Shown here in pieces: positions 47,788 to 58,011 of a DNA stretch of 64,000 nt. The position numbers and the translations under genes are program-made. The notes beneath the pieces were generated by a model. It ran no database searches, was not told where the DNA came from, and saw only the letters and a program-made list of their open reading frames with translations. The DNA is from Candidatus Sumerlaeota bacterium (GTDB lineage: Bacteria; Sumerlaeota; Sumerlaeia; Sumerlaeales; Sumerlaeaceae): positions 20,003-84,002 of the forward strand of contig JAPLSQ010000082.1 of the NCBI GenBank assembly GCA_026398535.1. The letters are read 5' to 3'. The first letter of the stretch is position 1. Each line of letters starts with the position of its first letter.

Positions 47788-47964
47788 GATGTCATCTCTC
47801 CTGTGTTGGTTTCTAATGATGCAACTATATGACAGCTTGTGACATGACGTTTATATGATGGCAATGTAAAAGTAATTCATAATTGCGATGGAATGAAATT
47901 CCCGCTTTATGGTTTGAAATAATCAGTTGCCCTATATGATAACATAGACACAGGAGGCAGGTTC

Positions 47965-48384
47965 ATGTCAGTACCCGAGTTGTCAGTGCAAATCCGCAAT
48001 GCTCCGGGCCAGCTTGTCCAAGTGACAACAATACTTGCCGAAGCGGGAGTGAACGTTCAGGGGGTCACCGCGTCAAGCGCGGGCAAGACCGGGTGGGTTC
48101 ACATGGTGGTGGACAAGGCCAAACTGGCTGAAGAGGCGCTGCAAGAATGCGGCATCAGCGTGGAAACGGGGGAGGCGCTTGCGATCATGATGCCCGACGA
48201 ACCGGGAGCCCTCGACTGCGCATTGCGCCTGCTCTCTGACCGCAGAATCAATGTGGATTATATCTACACCTGCCTGACCGGCTCAAAGGGAAAAGGCATG
48301 GCAATTCTCGGCGTCCAATCTCCCGGCAAAGTTGAAAAGATATTCAGGGAAAACGGCATTGAACTGTGGAACGAGGCAACATAA
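47965..48384 (+). CDS. ACT-domain protein (tandem ACT-like)
   Basis: Two repeats of the pattern ELSVQIRNAPGQLVQVTTILAEAGVNV… / …LAIMMPDEPGALDCALRLLSDRRINV…. Confidence 0.6.
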   Translation: MSVPELSVQIRNAPGQLVQVTTILAEAGVNVQGVTASSAGKTGWVHMVVDKAKLAEEALQECGISVETGEALAIMMPDEPGALDCALRLLSDRRINVDYIYTCLTGSKGKGMAILGVQSPGKVEKIFRENGIELWNEAT

Positions 48385-48511
48385 GAGCGCCGCATCACAG
48401 GCGTCTTTAAGCTGAAATGCCGCGCCCCCAACGCAATAACCAGCGGAAAAACATCTCCCGTCCAGCAGTTGCATCATTTTTTCCGTTGCCATTTCACGGC
48501 GCGCCGGGATT

Positions 48512-49642
48512 GTGCATTTCATGCGGATTGCATTGAACGCCATGCAGGTGCGCGCCGCAAAAAGCGGCGTGGGACAGTACATTAACACTCTGCTCGATTC
48601 CATGCTTCGCGCCGATCACTTCAGCCAGTTCACGCTTTATTGTTCACCTGACAACGCGGGAAGCTATGATTTCGGGGCGCGCAATTTCAAAACCATCGAA
48701 TGGGGGTTGCCAGAGGCGGGAAAGACCGCGCGACTGCTTTATGAGTACGCCTTCCTGCCGCGCGAATTGCAGTCGGGGGGCTTTGACATCTTTCATGGAA
48801 TGTCCAACTTCCTGCCCCGTAAACGCGTGTGCCCGTTCATCGTGACAATTCACGATCTGTCGTATTACGTCCATCCCGAGCGCTGTCCCTGGCTGCGCCG
48901 CCAGTACTGGTACGCGATGACGCGCCGAACAATGGCCAACGCCAATCTCATCATCACCGACAGTGAGAACTCGCGCCGCGACATCGAAACGTTTTTCCCG
49001 GGATGCGCGGCAAAAACCCGCGTCGTCCCGCTGGCGGCACACCCGCGGTTCCAGCCCGCCCTGCACGGAAGACACAAATCGGCGGTGACGGCGCGCGGAA
49101 TAACCAAACCATATGTCCTTTTTGTGGGCACGCTCGAACCGGGCAAGAACGTCGTGCGGCTCATCCGCGCTTTCGACGCCATCGCCGACGACTTTCCCGA
49201 TCACATGCTGGTCATCGTCGGCGGCCGCGGATGGATGTGCGAACCGGTATACCGCGCCGCGCGCCATGCGCGGGCCCGCGAACGCATCATGATGACAGGA
49301 CATCTGCACGACAACGAGCTGCCCGATTTCTACAGCTTCTGCGAAGTATTCGCTTTCCCGTCGCTCTACGAAGGATTCGGGATGCCGCCGCTCGAGGCCA
49401 TGGCATGCGGCGCGCCTGTCGTGACGTCAAAAACATCGTCGCTTCCCGGGGTTGTCGGCGACGCCGCCGTGATGATCGATCCCGAATCCGAGCGCGACCT
49501 GGCGGCGGCGCTGCGGCGCGTGCTTCGCGATACCGCCCTCCGCGACGATCTGCGCCATCGGGGCATCAAGCGCGCCGCAATGTTCTCGTGGGACGCAACC
49601 GCCGCGGAAACACTCAAACTCTATAAACAAATCTCCGGTTGA
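48512..49642 (+). CDS. Glycosyltransferase family 4 (GT-B fold)
   Basis: C-terminal …LFVGTLEPGKN…, …PSLYEGFGMPPLEAMACGAPVVTS… EX7E-type motif. Confidence 0.8.
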   Translation: MHFMRIALNAMQVRAAKSGVGQYINTLLDSMLRADHFSQFTLYCSPDNAGSYDFGARNFKTIEWGLPEAGKTARLLYEYAFLPRELQSGGFDIFHGMSNFLPRKRVCPFIVTIHDLSYYVHPERCPWLRRQYWYAMTRRTMANANLIITDSENSRRDIETFFPGCAAKTRVVPLAAHPRFQPALHGRHKSAVTARGITKPYVLFVGTLEPGKNVVRLIRAFDAIADDFPDHMLVIVGGRGWMCEPVYRAARHARARERIMMTGHLHDNELPDFYSFCEVFAFPSLYEGFGMPPLEAMACGAPVVTSKTSSLPGVVGDAAVMIDPESERDLAAALRRVLRDTALRDDLRHRGIKRAAMFSWDATAAETLKLYKQISG

Positions 49643-49783
49643 TGAGACGCGTTGCGGCGGATGCTCCACACCAAATAATAACTCTTGCCTTCCCGTGCTG
49701 TATTGCGGGAATACTTTAACGAATCAAAAGCCCTTACGGCTTTGGAATACACGGTCCGTTGCGGCTGATTTTCAGGGACTGAA

Positions 49784-50041
49784 ATGTTTCAGATTAAGGA
49801 GCATGAGATGAGCCATATCATTCGTGTGATCGGCAGTATGCTGTTGTTGTTGGCGCTGGCGGGTCCGGAATGCCGGGGCGGGCAAATGGATGCGGTCGCC
49901 GCCGCCGCCTCGCAGCGCGACCTGCGCGTGGGCGTCGACATCATCGACACGCTCAGCGGAGGGCCGTTGCGCGATCTCGAAAAGGGCAACTTCCTGCTCG
50001 ACCGCATCGAGGTGCGCGTCTACGACGCCGTGCCCGATTGA
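49784..50041 (+). CDS. Small hypothetical protein with signal-peptide-like N-terminus
   Basis: MSHIIRVIGSMLLLLALAGPECRGG…; ends at the start of the SBP-permease fusion ORF. Weak. Confidence 0.25.
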   Translation: MFQIKEHEMSHIIRVIGSMLLLLALAGPECRGGQMDAVAAAASQRDLRVGVDIIDTLSGGPLRDLEKGNFLLDRIEVRVYDAVPD

Positions 50042-50042
50042 T

Positions 50043-52572
50043 GGATCATGAACCAACCGTATTGTGGCATGGCCATCCTGATCATGAATCATGGGCAGGA
50101 TGGCCTGTCACTAAGAATCCGCCGCGGCGGGATGATGCTTTTTGCTTGAATATCCCTTTGCGGCGCGCATGGATCTGCCCGCGTGTCTGGGTCCTGGCGC
50201 TCATCATGATGAGCAATCTTGCGGCGGGCGTCGCGCGCGCGGCGGAACCCGGCCCTGTGACGCTTCAACTCTGGGGAATGCCCGAGCAGGATCTTTTCAC
50301 GGGCTTCGCTGAACTGCTCAAGGAATATGAGCGCGAGCATCCCGAAATACGCATCGAGCGCGGCACGCCCGGCGGCCAGACGGAACTCGATCCGCAAAAA
50401 CTCATGACCGCCTTTGTGGCGGGTTCGCCCCCGGATCTTGTCCGCATGGACCGGTTTCGTCTTGCGGGATGGGCGTCGCGCGGCGTTTTTCTGCCGCTCG
50501 ATGACCTCTTCGAGCGCGACAAAATCGGCCGCGCCGATTTTTATCCCGCCTGCCTTGACGAATGCGTCAACAACGGAAAAGTCTACGGCCTGCCGTGGAA
50601 CACCGACGCGCGCGCGTTGTGGGCGAACATGGCCGTGCTGAGACAATTCGGTTACAGCGAACCGCCAAAGGATTGGGACGAACTGCGCGCGATGGGCGCG
50701 AAAATGACCGTGCGCAAACCCAACGGCCAGATACAGACTGTCGGCTTTGTCCCGCTCATCGGCAATTCATGGCTCTACATGTATGGATGGCTCAACGGCG
50801 GGCAATTCACGTCGGCTGACCAGCGCCGCATCACGCTCACCGATGCGCGCATCGTGGAGGCGCTCACTTGGATGGCGCAGGTTTACAAGGATATTGGCGG
50901 CATCAAATCCGTCGCCGATTTCATGGCCTCATCGCAGGGAGAAGGCATCGCCGAGCCTTTCATCTCAGGCAAGATCGCGATGAAGATCGACGGCAACTGG
51001 GCGCTCGATTATGTCGCGAAGTATGCGCCCGACATGGACATTCGCGTCACTCCGCCCCCCCCCGCCAAAGGCAACCCCGGCATTTCGTGGTCGGGCGGAT
51101 TCTGCTGGAGCATCCCCGCCAACGCCCGCCACCAGGAGGAGGCGTGGGCGCTGGCGAAATTCCTCGCGTCAAAGGAGGGCTGGCTGCGGGCCGGCGTATT
51201 GCAGGCGCATGCAAACGAGCGCCGCGCGCGCGCCCAGAACCTCAAGTCCGCGTACTTCATCCCACAGCTTTCCTGCTCCAAGACCGTCAACCAGGCGCAG
51301 ATCGGCCAATTCGCGGGCGCGCTGCCGGCGCACATCCGCGAGGCATTCATCGTGAATGTCAACATCCTCGACATATGCAAATTCCGCCCCGTCCTGCCCG
51401 TGGGTGAACAGATGTGGGACGAGCAATGCCGCGCCGTCGATCAGACGCTGACGCTCGACGAATCGCCCGCCAAAGCGCTCGCCGACGCCCAGCGGCGCGT
51501 GCAGGCCGAGCTCGACAAATATTACGCACCCCCCGTCGGAACGCCCTATTCCATCGGCGCGGCATTTTTCACCATCCTGGGCGTCGTTCTGGCCGCCGGT
51601 CTTGCCGCATGGGCGGCCGCGGCGGCGCGCTGGCGCTGGACGCCGCGCGTGCGCTCCGAAGCGGCCGCCGGCCTTGTCTTCGCGCTGCCATGGCTGGCGG
51701 GATTCCTGATTTTCCTGCTGGGGCCCATGCTCGCCTCGCTGCTCATGGCCTTCAGCGAATACAACGCGCTCGCGCCCGCCCGATGGGTGGGGTTGCACAA
51801 CTTCCGAAACATGATCGGTTTCGCGCCAAACGCGGACGGACAAATGGCCGCCACCGATCCGCTGTTTTACAAATCGCTGAAAAACACGTTCATGGTAACG
51901 GCAATCGGCGTGCCGCTGGGCATCGTCGTGAGTCTGGGATTGGCCCTTCTCGTCAACAGGGAGGTGCGCGGCGCGCGCATTTACCGAACGCTCTTCTATC
52001 TGCCGGTCATCGTGCCCACCGTGGCCACGGCCATCCTGTGGATGTGGCTGCTCAACAACGAAACCGGATTGTCAGGCGCCTTTCTTTCGCCCGTCCTGCG
52101 GCTTTTCGGCCGCGACCCGATCGCATGGTTCGCCGACCCCTTCTACTCGCGGATCGCAATCGTGCTCATGGTGACATGGGGCGCCGGAAGCTCCATGGTC
52201 ATCTGGCTGGCGGGATTGAAAAACATATCCGCCACTTATTACGAGGCGGCTGCCATCGACGGCGCGGGAAAAATAGCGCAATTTTTCCTCATCACGCTCC
52301 CGCTGCTGACCCCCTACCTTTTCTTTAATCTCATCATGGGCGTCATCGGATGGCTTCAGATTTTCACGCAGGCCTACGTGCTCACCGTGCCGCCATCCTA
52401 TGGCCCCGACGATTCCCTGCTCTTTTACGTCTTCTATCTTTTTGTGCAGGGATTCCAGTATTTCAAAATGGGCTATGCGTGCGCGATGGCATGGGTGCTC
52501 TTCGTGATCGTGGCGCTCCTGACGCTTCTGCAGTTCAAGCTTGCGCCGCGCTGGGTGCATTACGATCAATAA
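50043..52572 (+). CDS. Fusion protein: ABC-transporter extracellular solute-binding protein (family 1) fused to a MalF-like inner-membrane permease
   Basis: N-terminal ~440 aa is an SBP (…VTLQLWGMPEQ…, …NGKVYGLPWNTD…, …MKIDGNWAL…). A TM linker then runs into a six-TM permease with the EAA loop …YYEAAAIDGAGKIAQFFLITLPLL…, all in one uninterrupted frame. A TTG at ~50147 would give a clean signal peptide (M)NIPLRRAWICPRVWVLALIMMSNLAAGVARA. Confidence 0.75.
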
Positions 52573-52689
52573 AGAACAGGGCTGTTTACTTGACTGCAAC
52601 CAGGCCCAAACAGGCTCTCAGACCGTCGGTTCTTACTGTTCTTCTGGCTGGTCATATGCCAGATGGCCCGAAACCACAGAGAATGAGCG

Positions 52690-53433
52690 TTAGAAACCGC
52701 CGGCTGTTGATGGACCGCCTGGGCCGGGCGTCCCCCCGGGATTGGGCATCATCGGGCCGGCCGGTTGTTGTCCCATGGCCGCATCGGGGCTCATTCCGGG
52801 CATGCCTGCGGCCGTGGCCATGCCAAGATAGGCGCCGGCGGCTGGAGTTGGGATTGTGGCTGCGGCGGCAGCCGCGGCCGCGGCCGCCGCTTTTCCTGAC
52901 GCATTGGGCTGTTTCGGCGCCAGTTCTTTGTTGTACTGGGTCACAAACTGTCCGCCGACAGCCTCGCGCCGCGCATCGCGCTGGGCAAGATCATTCTTTT
53001 CGTCATTGGCCACCTTGAGCCTGTTGGCCACATTCCGGCGAAATTCGTCATCAACCGCCGGTTGCTTCAGAATGTTTTTATAACAGGCAATGGCGGTTTC
53101 GTAATAGTTCTTTGCCTCGGTTGCCGGACGGTTGCGTCCCTGTTTGAGCGCCAGCGCGGCTGCGATCAGGTTGAGCCGGACGGCGCCGGGTTGCATCTGC
53201 GCGGCTTTGGCAAGGTTGTCATAGGCATTGATGTAATCCACGCGGTCGAGGGACTTGACGCCGTTTGCATAAAATTGCATCGCCTCGCGCGGGAACGTGG
53301 CAATTTCAGCCGCGTCGGGCAGCTTGTATTCTTCCGCGCGCGCGGACGACGCGCCGATTGTCATGCAGGCGGCCGCCATCAGCGCCAGCCCGCATTTCAT
53401 CGCTGTGTGTTGTAATTTTTCTGTGATCATCAT
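52690..53433 (-). CDS. Secreted TPR-like protein with Ala-rich and Pro/Gly-rich low-complexity C-terminus
   Basis: Signal peptide MKCGLALMAAACMTIGASSARA, TPR-like helices (…AMQFYANGVKS…NAYDNLAKAAQ…), then A12 and PG-rich tail. Confidence 0.5.
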   Translation of the reverse strand: MMITEKLQHTAMKCGLALMAAACMTIGASSARAEEYKLPDAAEIATFPREAMQFYANGVKSLDRVDYINAYDNLAKAAQMQPGAVRLNLIAAALALKQGRNRPATEAKNYYETAIACYKNILKQPAVDDEFRRNVANRLKVANDEKNDLAQRDARREAVGGQFVTQYNKELAPKQPNASGKAAAAAAAAAAATIPTPAAGAYLGMATAAGMPGMSPDAAMGQQPAGPMMPNPGGTPGPGGPSTAGGF

Positions 53434-53603
53434 TGAGGCTCCATGAGGCGCATGATATCCTGTTAATTATTGCGCCAGCGACAAAAGATTGCTCATTAAT
53501 AGTGCTGATACGAATACGCCATGAAAACCGCTGTCATGCAAAGAAAAAAATGCTTTTGACAAGACATTGGGCATATACGCAACTTAATTACGAGGTTAAA
53601 AAA

Positions 53604-54302
53604 ATGCGATCTCAGACCCGAATCAAGATTGGTTTCACACTCATCGAGCTTCTGATTGTTGTTGCGATTATCGCCATTCTCGCCGCGATCGCGGTTCCCA
53701 ATTTTCTTGAGGCGCAAGTCCGCTCGAAAACCGCGCGGGTCAAGGCCGACCTGCGAACTCTCGCAACCGCCGTCGAGTCGTATCTGACGGATCACAACAC
53801 CTATATCTCCCATATGCTTATCGAGCAGACGATCGGCGCGATCTCCGATCCCTGGAATCCTTATGATCCATCTTTCAGCGCGGCGCCAGGCTCATGGAAT
53901 GAGTTCCATTTTTCCCGCAAGATTTCCATCACCACGCCCGTGGCCTACATTACCAGCGTCCCGCTGGATCCATTTTACACGACGAACGCGCCCGTGAATC
54001 CGGGCAGCACGATCATCGCGGCGAGCAAAAATCCCATCCGCGCGGAATACATGTACAGTTTTTCCAAACAGTCGGCGGCCGACGCGGCCACGGTGGACGC
54101 GTTCATGAAGGCCTACGGCTCATGGCGTCTGTGGAGCGGCGGGCCCGACCGCTTCCGGCGCGAAATCTTCCTGCGCTCGCCCGCCAGCGAGTCCATGCGC
54201 ATCTATGACCCCACCAACGGATCGATCAGCGTGGGCGACATTTGGCGGACTCAGAAAAGCCCCGATGGCAGCAGGCCGGTCGTCCCCGGATATGTCGAGT
54301 GA
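53604..54302 (+). CDS. Prepilin-type N-terminal domain / DUF1559 protein (third paralog)
   Basis: MRSQTRIKIGFTLIELLIVVAIIAILAAIAVPNFLEAQVRSKTARVKADLRTLATAVESY…; C-terminal …YDPTNGSISVGDIWR… The ORF-track start at 53433 is too early. Confidence 0.8.
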   Translation: MRSQTRIKIGFTLIELLIVVAIIAILAAIAVPNFLEAQVRSKTARVKADLRTLATAVESYLTDHNTYISHMLIEQTIGAISDPWNPYDPSFSAAPGSWNEFHFSRKISITTPVAYITSVPLDPFYTTNAPVNPGSTIIAASKNPIRAEYMYSFSKQSAADAATVDAFMKAYGSWRLWSGGPDRFRREIFLRSPASESMRIYDPTNGSISVGDIWRTQKSPDGSRPVVPGYVE

Positions 54303-54367
54303 TTTTAAGGTTGCAGGCGGGATCGGCGATCCCGGCCGCAAAATATGATTACGGAGGAAAATGCGTT

Positions 54368-55753
54368 ATGAAAATGAAGCATGTCGTATTAACTGTGTGT
54401 TTTGCCGTGCCTGGCGTCTTTGCGTGCGCGCAGTCGGTGACAGTGGGCGCGGCGGGAACCTATCCCACCATCAGCGCGGCGCTGACCGCGGTGCAAACCG
54501 ATCCGGCCGGCCCCGACATCATCACCATTCTCGACATCGGCCCATACAACGAGGCCGGGCAGTTGCTGATTACCGGCGACCCCAACGACAATGACCTGAC
54601 GATCCAGGCGTCGGCGGGCGTCAGGCCGCTCGTGATCAGTGACTTCAACGGCGACGGCGTCATCGCCATCATTAAGAACGGCAATACGACGGTGAAGGAC
54701 CTCATCCTGATCCCCGCCGTCGGCGAAATCGGAACCCGCCCACAAGCGGCCGTTCTCATCGATGATGAAGTCTCCGATACAGGATTCAACATTTTCCTGA
54801 ACAACATTCTCATCACATCGAACGATGGCACGAACCAGCCGGTGTGCTCGCTCGACGGGCTGACATCGCCGACGATCGACCCCGGCCTCGCCTACACCTT
54901 CCGCGATGAAGGCGTCTACTCGCTGTCGAACACCAACACACAACTTCACAAGACGCTCCTGAAGGATGTGATCGTGTGCGGCCTGTTTGGCGACCAGGGA
55001 TCGGACTGTTTCCGCACGCTGCTTGACGGCACGCCCGGCTCGGAGTTCGTGGTGGGCGAAGGCTGCGTGGGTTCCTACACTTTGGGCATATCGTCTGTTA
55101 ACGCCGGCTTCCAGCCCGGCGGCAACGAGGGCGGCGCGACCACGGTGCGCGTGCGCGGAACCGAGGCGAAGCCGGTCAAACTGATCAATAATTACATGAA
55201 CGGCATGAATATGACCAATACGACCGTCGCGCCTTCCACAAAAACGCTCGAGTGGGCGATCATTGCCAATAATTCAAAATATGGCCTGGCCACGGGGGAT
55301 TCCAATGAAGACATTGATTTCAAGAATGTGACAATTGCCAACAACGGTCTGGAGTGCATCTACGCGACAAGCACGTTCTCCGGGACCTATACGGCATCGA
55401 ACTGCATCTTTGCGGGTGACGGCAACGATGGCGCCACGGACGTCATCAAGGTCATCACAAGCTCAACCGGGGTGATGTTTGTCAACGACAGCGCCATTGT
55501 GCTCAATGGCCCGCAGAAACTCGACACGGCTAATTTCGACCACGATGGCCTGAACGACAGCACGCCGTCGAACGTCTTCAAAACAAACGTGCTGGATCAG
55601 GATCCGAAGTTCGTATCCATCGCATCCGCGAATGCGGAGTTCTACACCGTGGCTAATCCCGCGTTCGGCACGGCAGGCCCGGGCGGCACACCCCTGCGCG
55701 GCGGCGGAAAGTACAATCCGGCGGCGGGCGTCAGCGACTGGACCATGTATTGA
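54368..55753 (+). CDS. Secreted hypothetical protein, Gly/Asn/Thr-rich, possibly beta-helical
   Basis: Signal peptide MKMKHVVLTVCFAVPGVFACAQS, then repetitive N/G/T/D-rich segments (…TIANNGLECIYA…, …NCIFAGDGNDGATDVIKV…) suggestive of parallel beta-helix repeats. Confidence 0.5.
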   Translation: MKMKHVVLTVCFAVPGVFACAQSVTVGAAGTYPTISAALTAVQTDPAGPDIITILDIGPYNEAGQLLITGDPNDNDLTIQASAGVRPLVISDFNGDGVIAIIKNGNTTVKDLILIPAVGEIGTRPQAAVLIDDEVSDTGFNIFLNNILITSNDGTNQPVCSLDGLTSPTIDPGLAYTFRDEGVYSLSNTNTQLHKTLLKDVIVCGLFGDQGSDCFRTLLDGTPGSEFVVGEGCVGSYTLGISSVNAGFQPGGNEGGATTVRVRGTEAKPVKLINNYMNGMNMTNTTVAPSTKTLEWAIIANNSKYGLATGDSNEDIDFKNVTIANNGLECIYATSTFSGTYTASNCIFAGDGNDGATDVIKVITSSTGVMFVNDSAIVLNGPQKLDTANFDHDGLNDSTPSNVFKTNVLDQDPKFVSIASANAEFYTVANPAFGTAGPGGTPLRGGGKYNPAAGVSDWTMY

Positions 55754-55793
55754 TCACCCGGCTTCAACACGCGGGAGCTTTAATATCTTCATG

Positions 55794-55821
55794 AAAGCGG
55801 CGGGAAACCGCCGCTTTTTTT
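55794..55821 (+). terminator. Rho-independent terminator
   Basis: AAAGCGGCGGGAAACCGCCGCTTTTTTT: 7-bp GC stem, GAAA loop, T7 tail, 40 bp after the stop of the 54368-55753 gene. Confidence 0.55.
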
Positions 55822-56008
55822 CATGATAACCGCGGACAGGCGCGCAGGCAAAGTGTTGGTTGGCGTCACTTCCTTCGAGGCGTCGTACACGGACAAGCAC
55901 GGACAAGCACGCTGGCGCGGCCGATGACGGCTGGAGAACTTCAGATGATTCTTCGCGTCCTGGCGGGAGAAGAATACACGCGAAAAAGAAGCAGAAGTGC
56001 GCGCCGCC

Positions 56009-57229
56009 TCAGACAAAGACACGTTTCGGCTGGATCTGCGCGCCGCGCGGGATGACGGCGTTTTCAGGAACGACAGCGCCCTTGCCCACAAGCGTCAGGC
56101 CGCCAAAACCCGCCAGCGCCTCTGATTGTCCGGAATCATCGGACTGTCCGGCGCCGACGCGGCAGCCGGGCATGAACCGCGCGTCCTTGTCGGCGATGAC
56201 GCCGCAGACGCGAGCGTCTTCTTCCACAACGCAGTCGTGCATGAGAATCGAGTCGCGGACGATGGCCCGCCGCCCCACGCGCACCCCGGGCGACAGGATC
56301 GAGCGTTCCACCGTGCCCTCGATATGACAGCCGGCGCCCGCCGCCATGTCCGTGACCTGCGCGCCGGGGCCATAATAGACCGGAGGTTTGAAACCCACGC
56401 CGCGGTACTCAAGGTTGGTCAGCAGCCTCCACTGGCGCATCTGTTTCAGCCCCTCGCCAAACATCATGCGGAACTGCAGGTCATAGTAATCTTTGACAGT
56501 CTCCATATACTCCCAGTTTCCGGGCATCATATAGATGCGGCTGTCAAAACCGCCCGCATGGGGTTCGAGCACATCCCGGGCGAGGTTATGCTCTTGAGAG
56601 GGCGCGTTTTGCTCAAGCAGGCTGGCCAGCACGCCGGTCTTGAAAACATAAATGCCCGTCGAGACGAGCGTGGAGGGCGGCGTTGCGGGTTTTTCGCGGA
56701 AGGCGGTCACGCGCCCGTCCCGGCCCGCGACAACATAGCCGTAGCGTTTGGCGCATTGCGCGGCGGGCATGTCGCGGGTAACAAAAGTGATGTCCGCGTT
56801 GCTTCCCCGGTGCGCCCGCGCCACATCCGCAAAATCAAGGTGATAGACATGCTCGCCGCTGAGCACGATGACATGCTCGGGTTTCATGTCCTCCACGAAA
56901 TTCATGTTCTGGTGGAGGGCGTCGGCCGTGCCTTTGTACCATTCGGTTTTCTGGATGCCGACGAATGGCGGCATGATCTTGAGCACGCGGCCGTAGCCCT
57001 CGAGGTCCCAGTGGCGGCCAACACCGACATGCCCGATGAGCGAGCCGGGAAGATATTGTATGATAATGCCGATCTGCTCGATGTGCGAATTGCACAGGTT
57101 GGACAGGGCAAAATCGGCCACGCGGTAGTTGGCCGCGAATGTGAGCGCGGCCTTCGGGCGGTTGCGCGTCAGCACGCCGTAGTGTTCCGTCCGGCCTCCC
57201 GCAAGCATGAGTGCGACCACTTTTTTCAT
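56009..57229 (-). CDS. glgC: Glucose-1-phosphate adenylyltransferase
   Basis: MKKVVALMLAGGRTEHYGVLTRNRPKAALTFAANYRVADFALSN… plus the left-handed beta-helix C-terminal domain. Start at ATG 57229. Confidence 0.9.
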   Translation of the reverse strand: MKKVVALMLAGGRTEHYGVLTRNRPKAALTFAANYRVADFALSNLCNSHIEQIGIIIQYLPGSLIGHVGVGRHWDLEGYGRVLKIMPPFVGIQKTEWYKGTADALHQNMNFVEDMKPEHVIVLSGEHVYHLDFADVARAHRGSNADITFVTRDMPAAQCAKRYGYVVAGRDGRVTAFREKPATPPSTLVSTGIYVFKTGVLASLLEQNAPSQEHNLARDVLEPHAGGFDSRIYMMPGNWEYMETVKDYYDLQFRMMFGEGLKQMRQWRLLTNLEYRGVGFKPPVYYGPGAQVTDMAAGAGCHIEGTVERSILSPGVRVGRRAIVRDSILMHDCVVEEDARVCGVIADKDARFMPGCRVGAGQSDDSGQSEALAGFGGLTLVGKGAVVPENAVIPRGAQIQPKRVFV

Positions 57230-57280
57230 GGGTTCAGGCTGCCCGGCCGCGCCCGCAGAAAGCAAATGGGAATTGGGGTT

Positions 57281-57921
57281 TCACGCTTTGCGGCCGGATT
57301 TGGCTTTGATGGCTTGCGTGATTCTTTGCATGACAATGTCGTGGAGCTGATCGACGGGCAGGCTTGCGTCGCAGCGAACCATGCGCTCAAAGCGCATCGT
57401 CTCGAAGATTTGCATCACGCGCGCCTGATAGTCGCGCCGCTCGAAAAGGTTCTGTCCGCCGCTGCGCGAGGCAGTGATGCGCGCAAGCCCATCTTCCACG
57501 GGAAGGCGAAAATAAAGGATAAGATCGGGTTGCGGGGAGAACTTTTCGTTTTCGGCGCGTATGAAATCGGGCGAAATGCCCAGCGCGCCCTGGTAGGCCA
57601 TGGAGGAAATATAGTAGCGGTCGATGCACACGACGGCGCCGCGTTCGAGGGCCGGGGCGATGTTGAGGGCGACATCCTCGCGCCGGTCGTCGAGAAAAAG
57701 CCGGAACTCATCCATGGGATCAACATGCTCGCGCCCGGCGGTCATGATTTCGCGCAGGCGGCGGCCGTGCGGGCCGTCCGTCGGTTCGCGGAGCATGACG
57801 GCGTCGCGGCCTTGCGCGGTCAGCGCCTCAACCGCCGCGCGCGCCTGCGTGGATTTCCCCGCGCCGTCAATGCCCTCGAACGCAACCAGCAAGCCGCCAA
57901 GGATTGTTGCTGTGTCCGTCA
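57281..57921 (-). CDS. tmk: Thymidylate kinase
   Basis: P-loop FEGIDGAGKSTQ, DRY motif (CIDRYYISSMAYQG), 213 aa. Start at MTDTAT (ATG 57921); the longer ORF-track N-terminus is non-coding-like. Confidence 0.85.
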
Positions 57922-58011
57922 TGTGCGCGATTTGCGGCGGTGACGCCCCCGGATGCAAGAAAGTTTGTGATGAGCTGTGGGCGGGATTGTCAGTCCCGCC
58001 CGCCGGCCCCG

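Noticed and set aside
52856-52900. GCN-repeat tract encoding 12 consecutive Ala in the TPR protein, and the Pro10 tail of YidC (13530-13570)
   Set aside because: These are low-complexity coding repeats that are common in high-GC genomes. They are not homopolymeric at the DNA level and have no evident functional implication.
55888-55910. Perfect tandem duplication of a 10-mer (cacggacaagcacggacaagcac)
   Set aside because: Only two units in an intergenic spacer, too short for a CRISPR or minisatellite call. Likely a replication-slippage scar.
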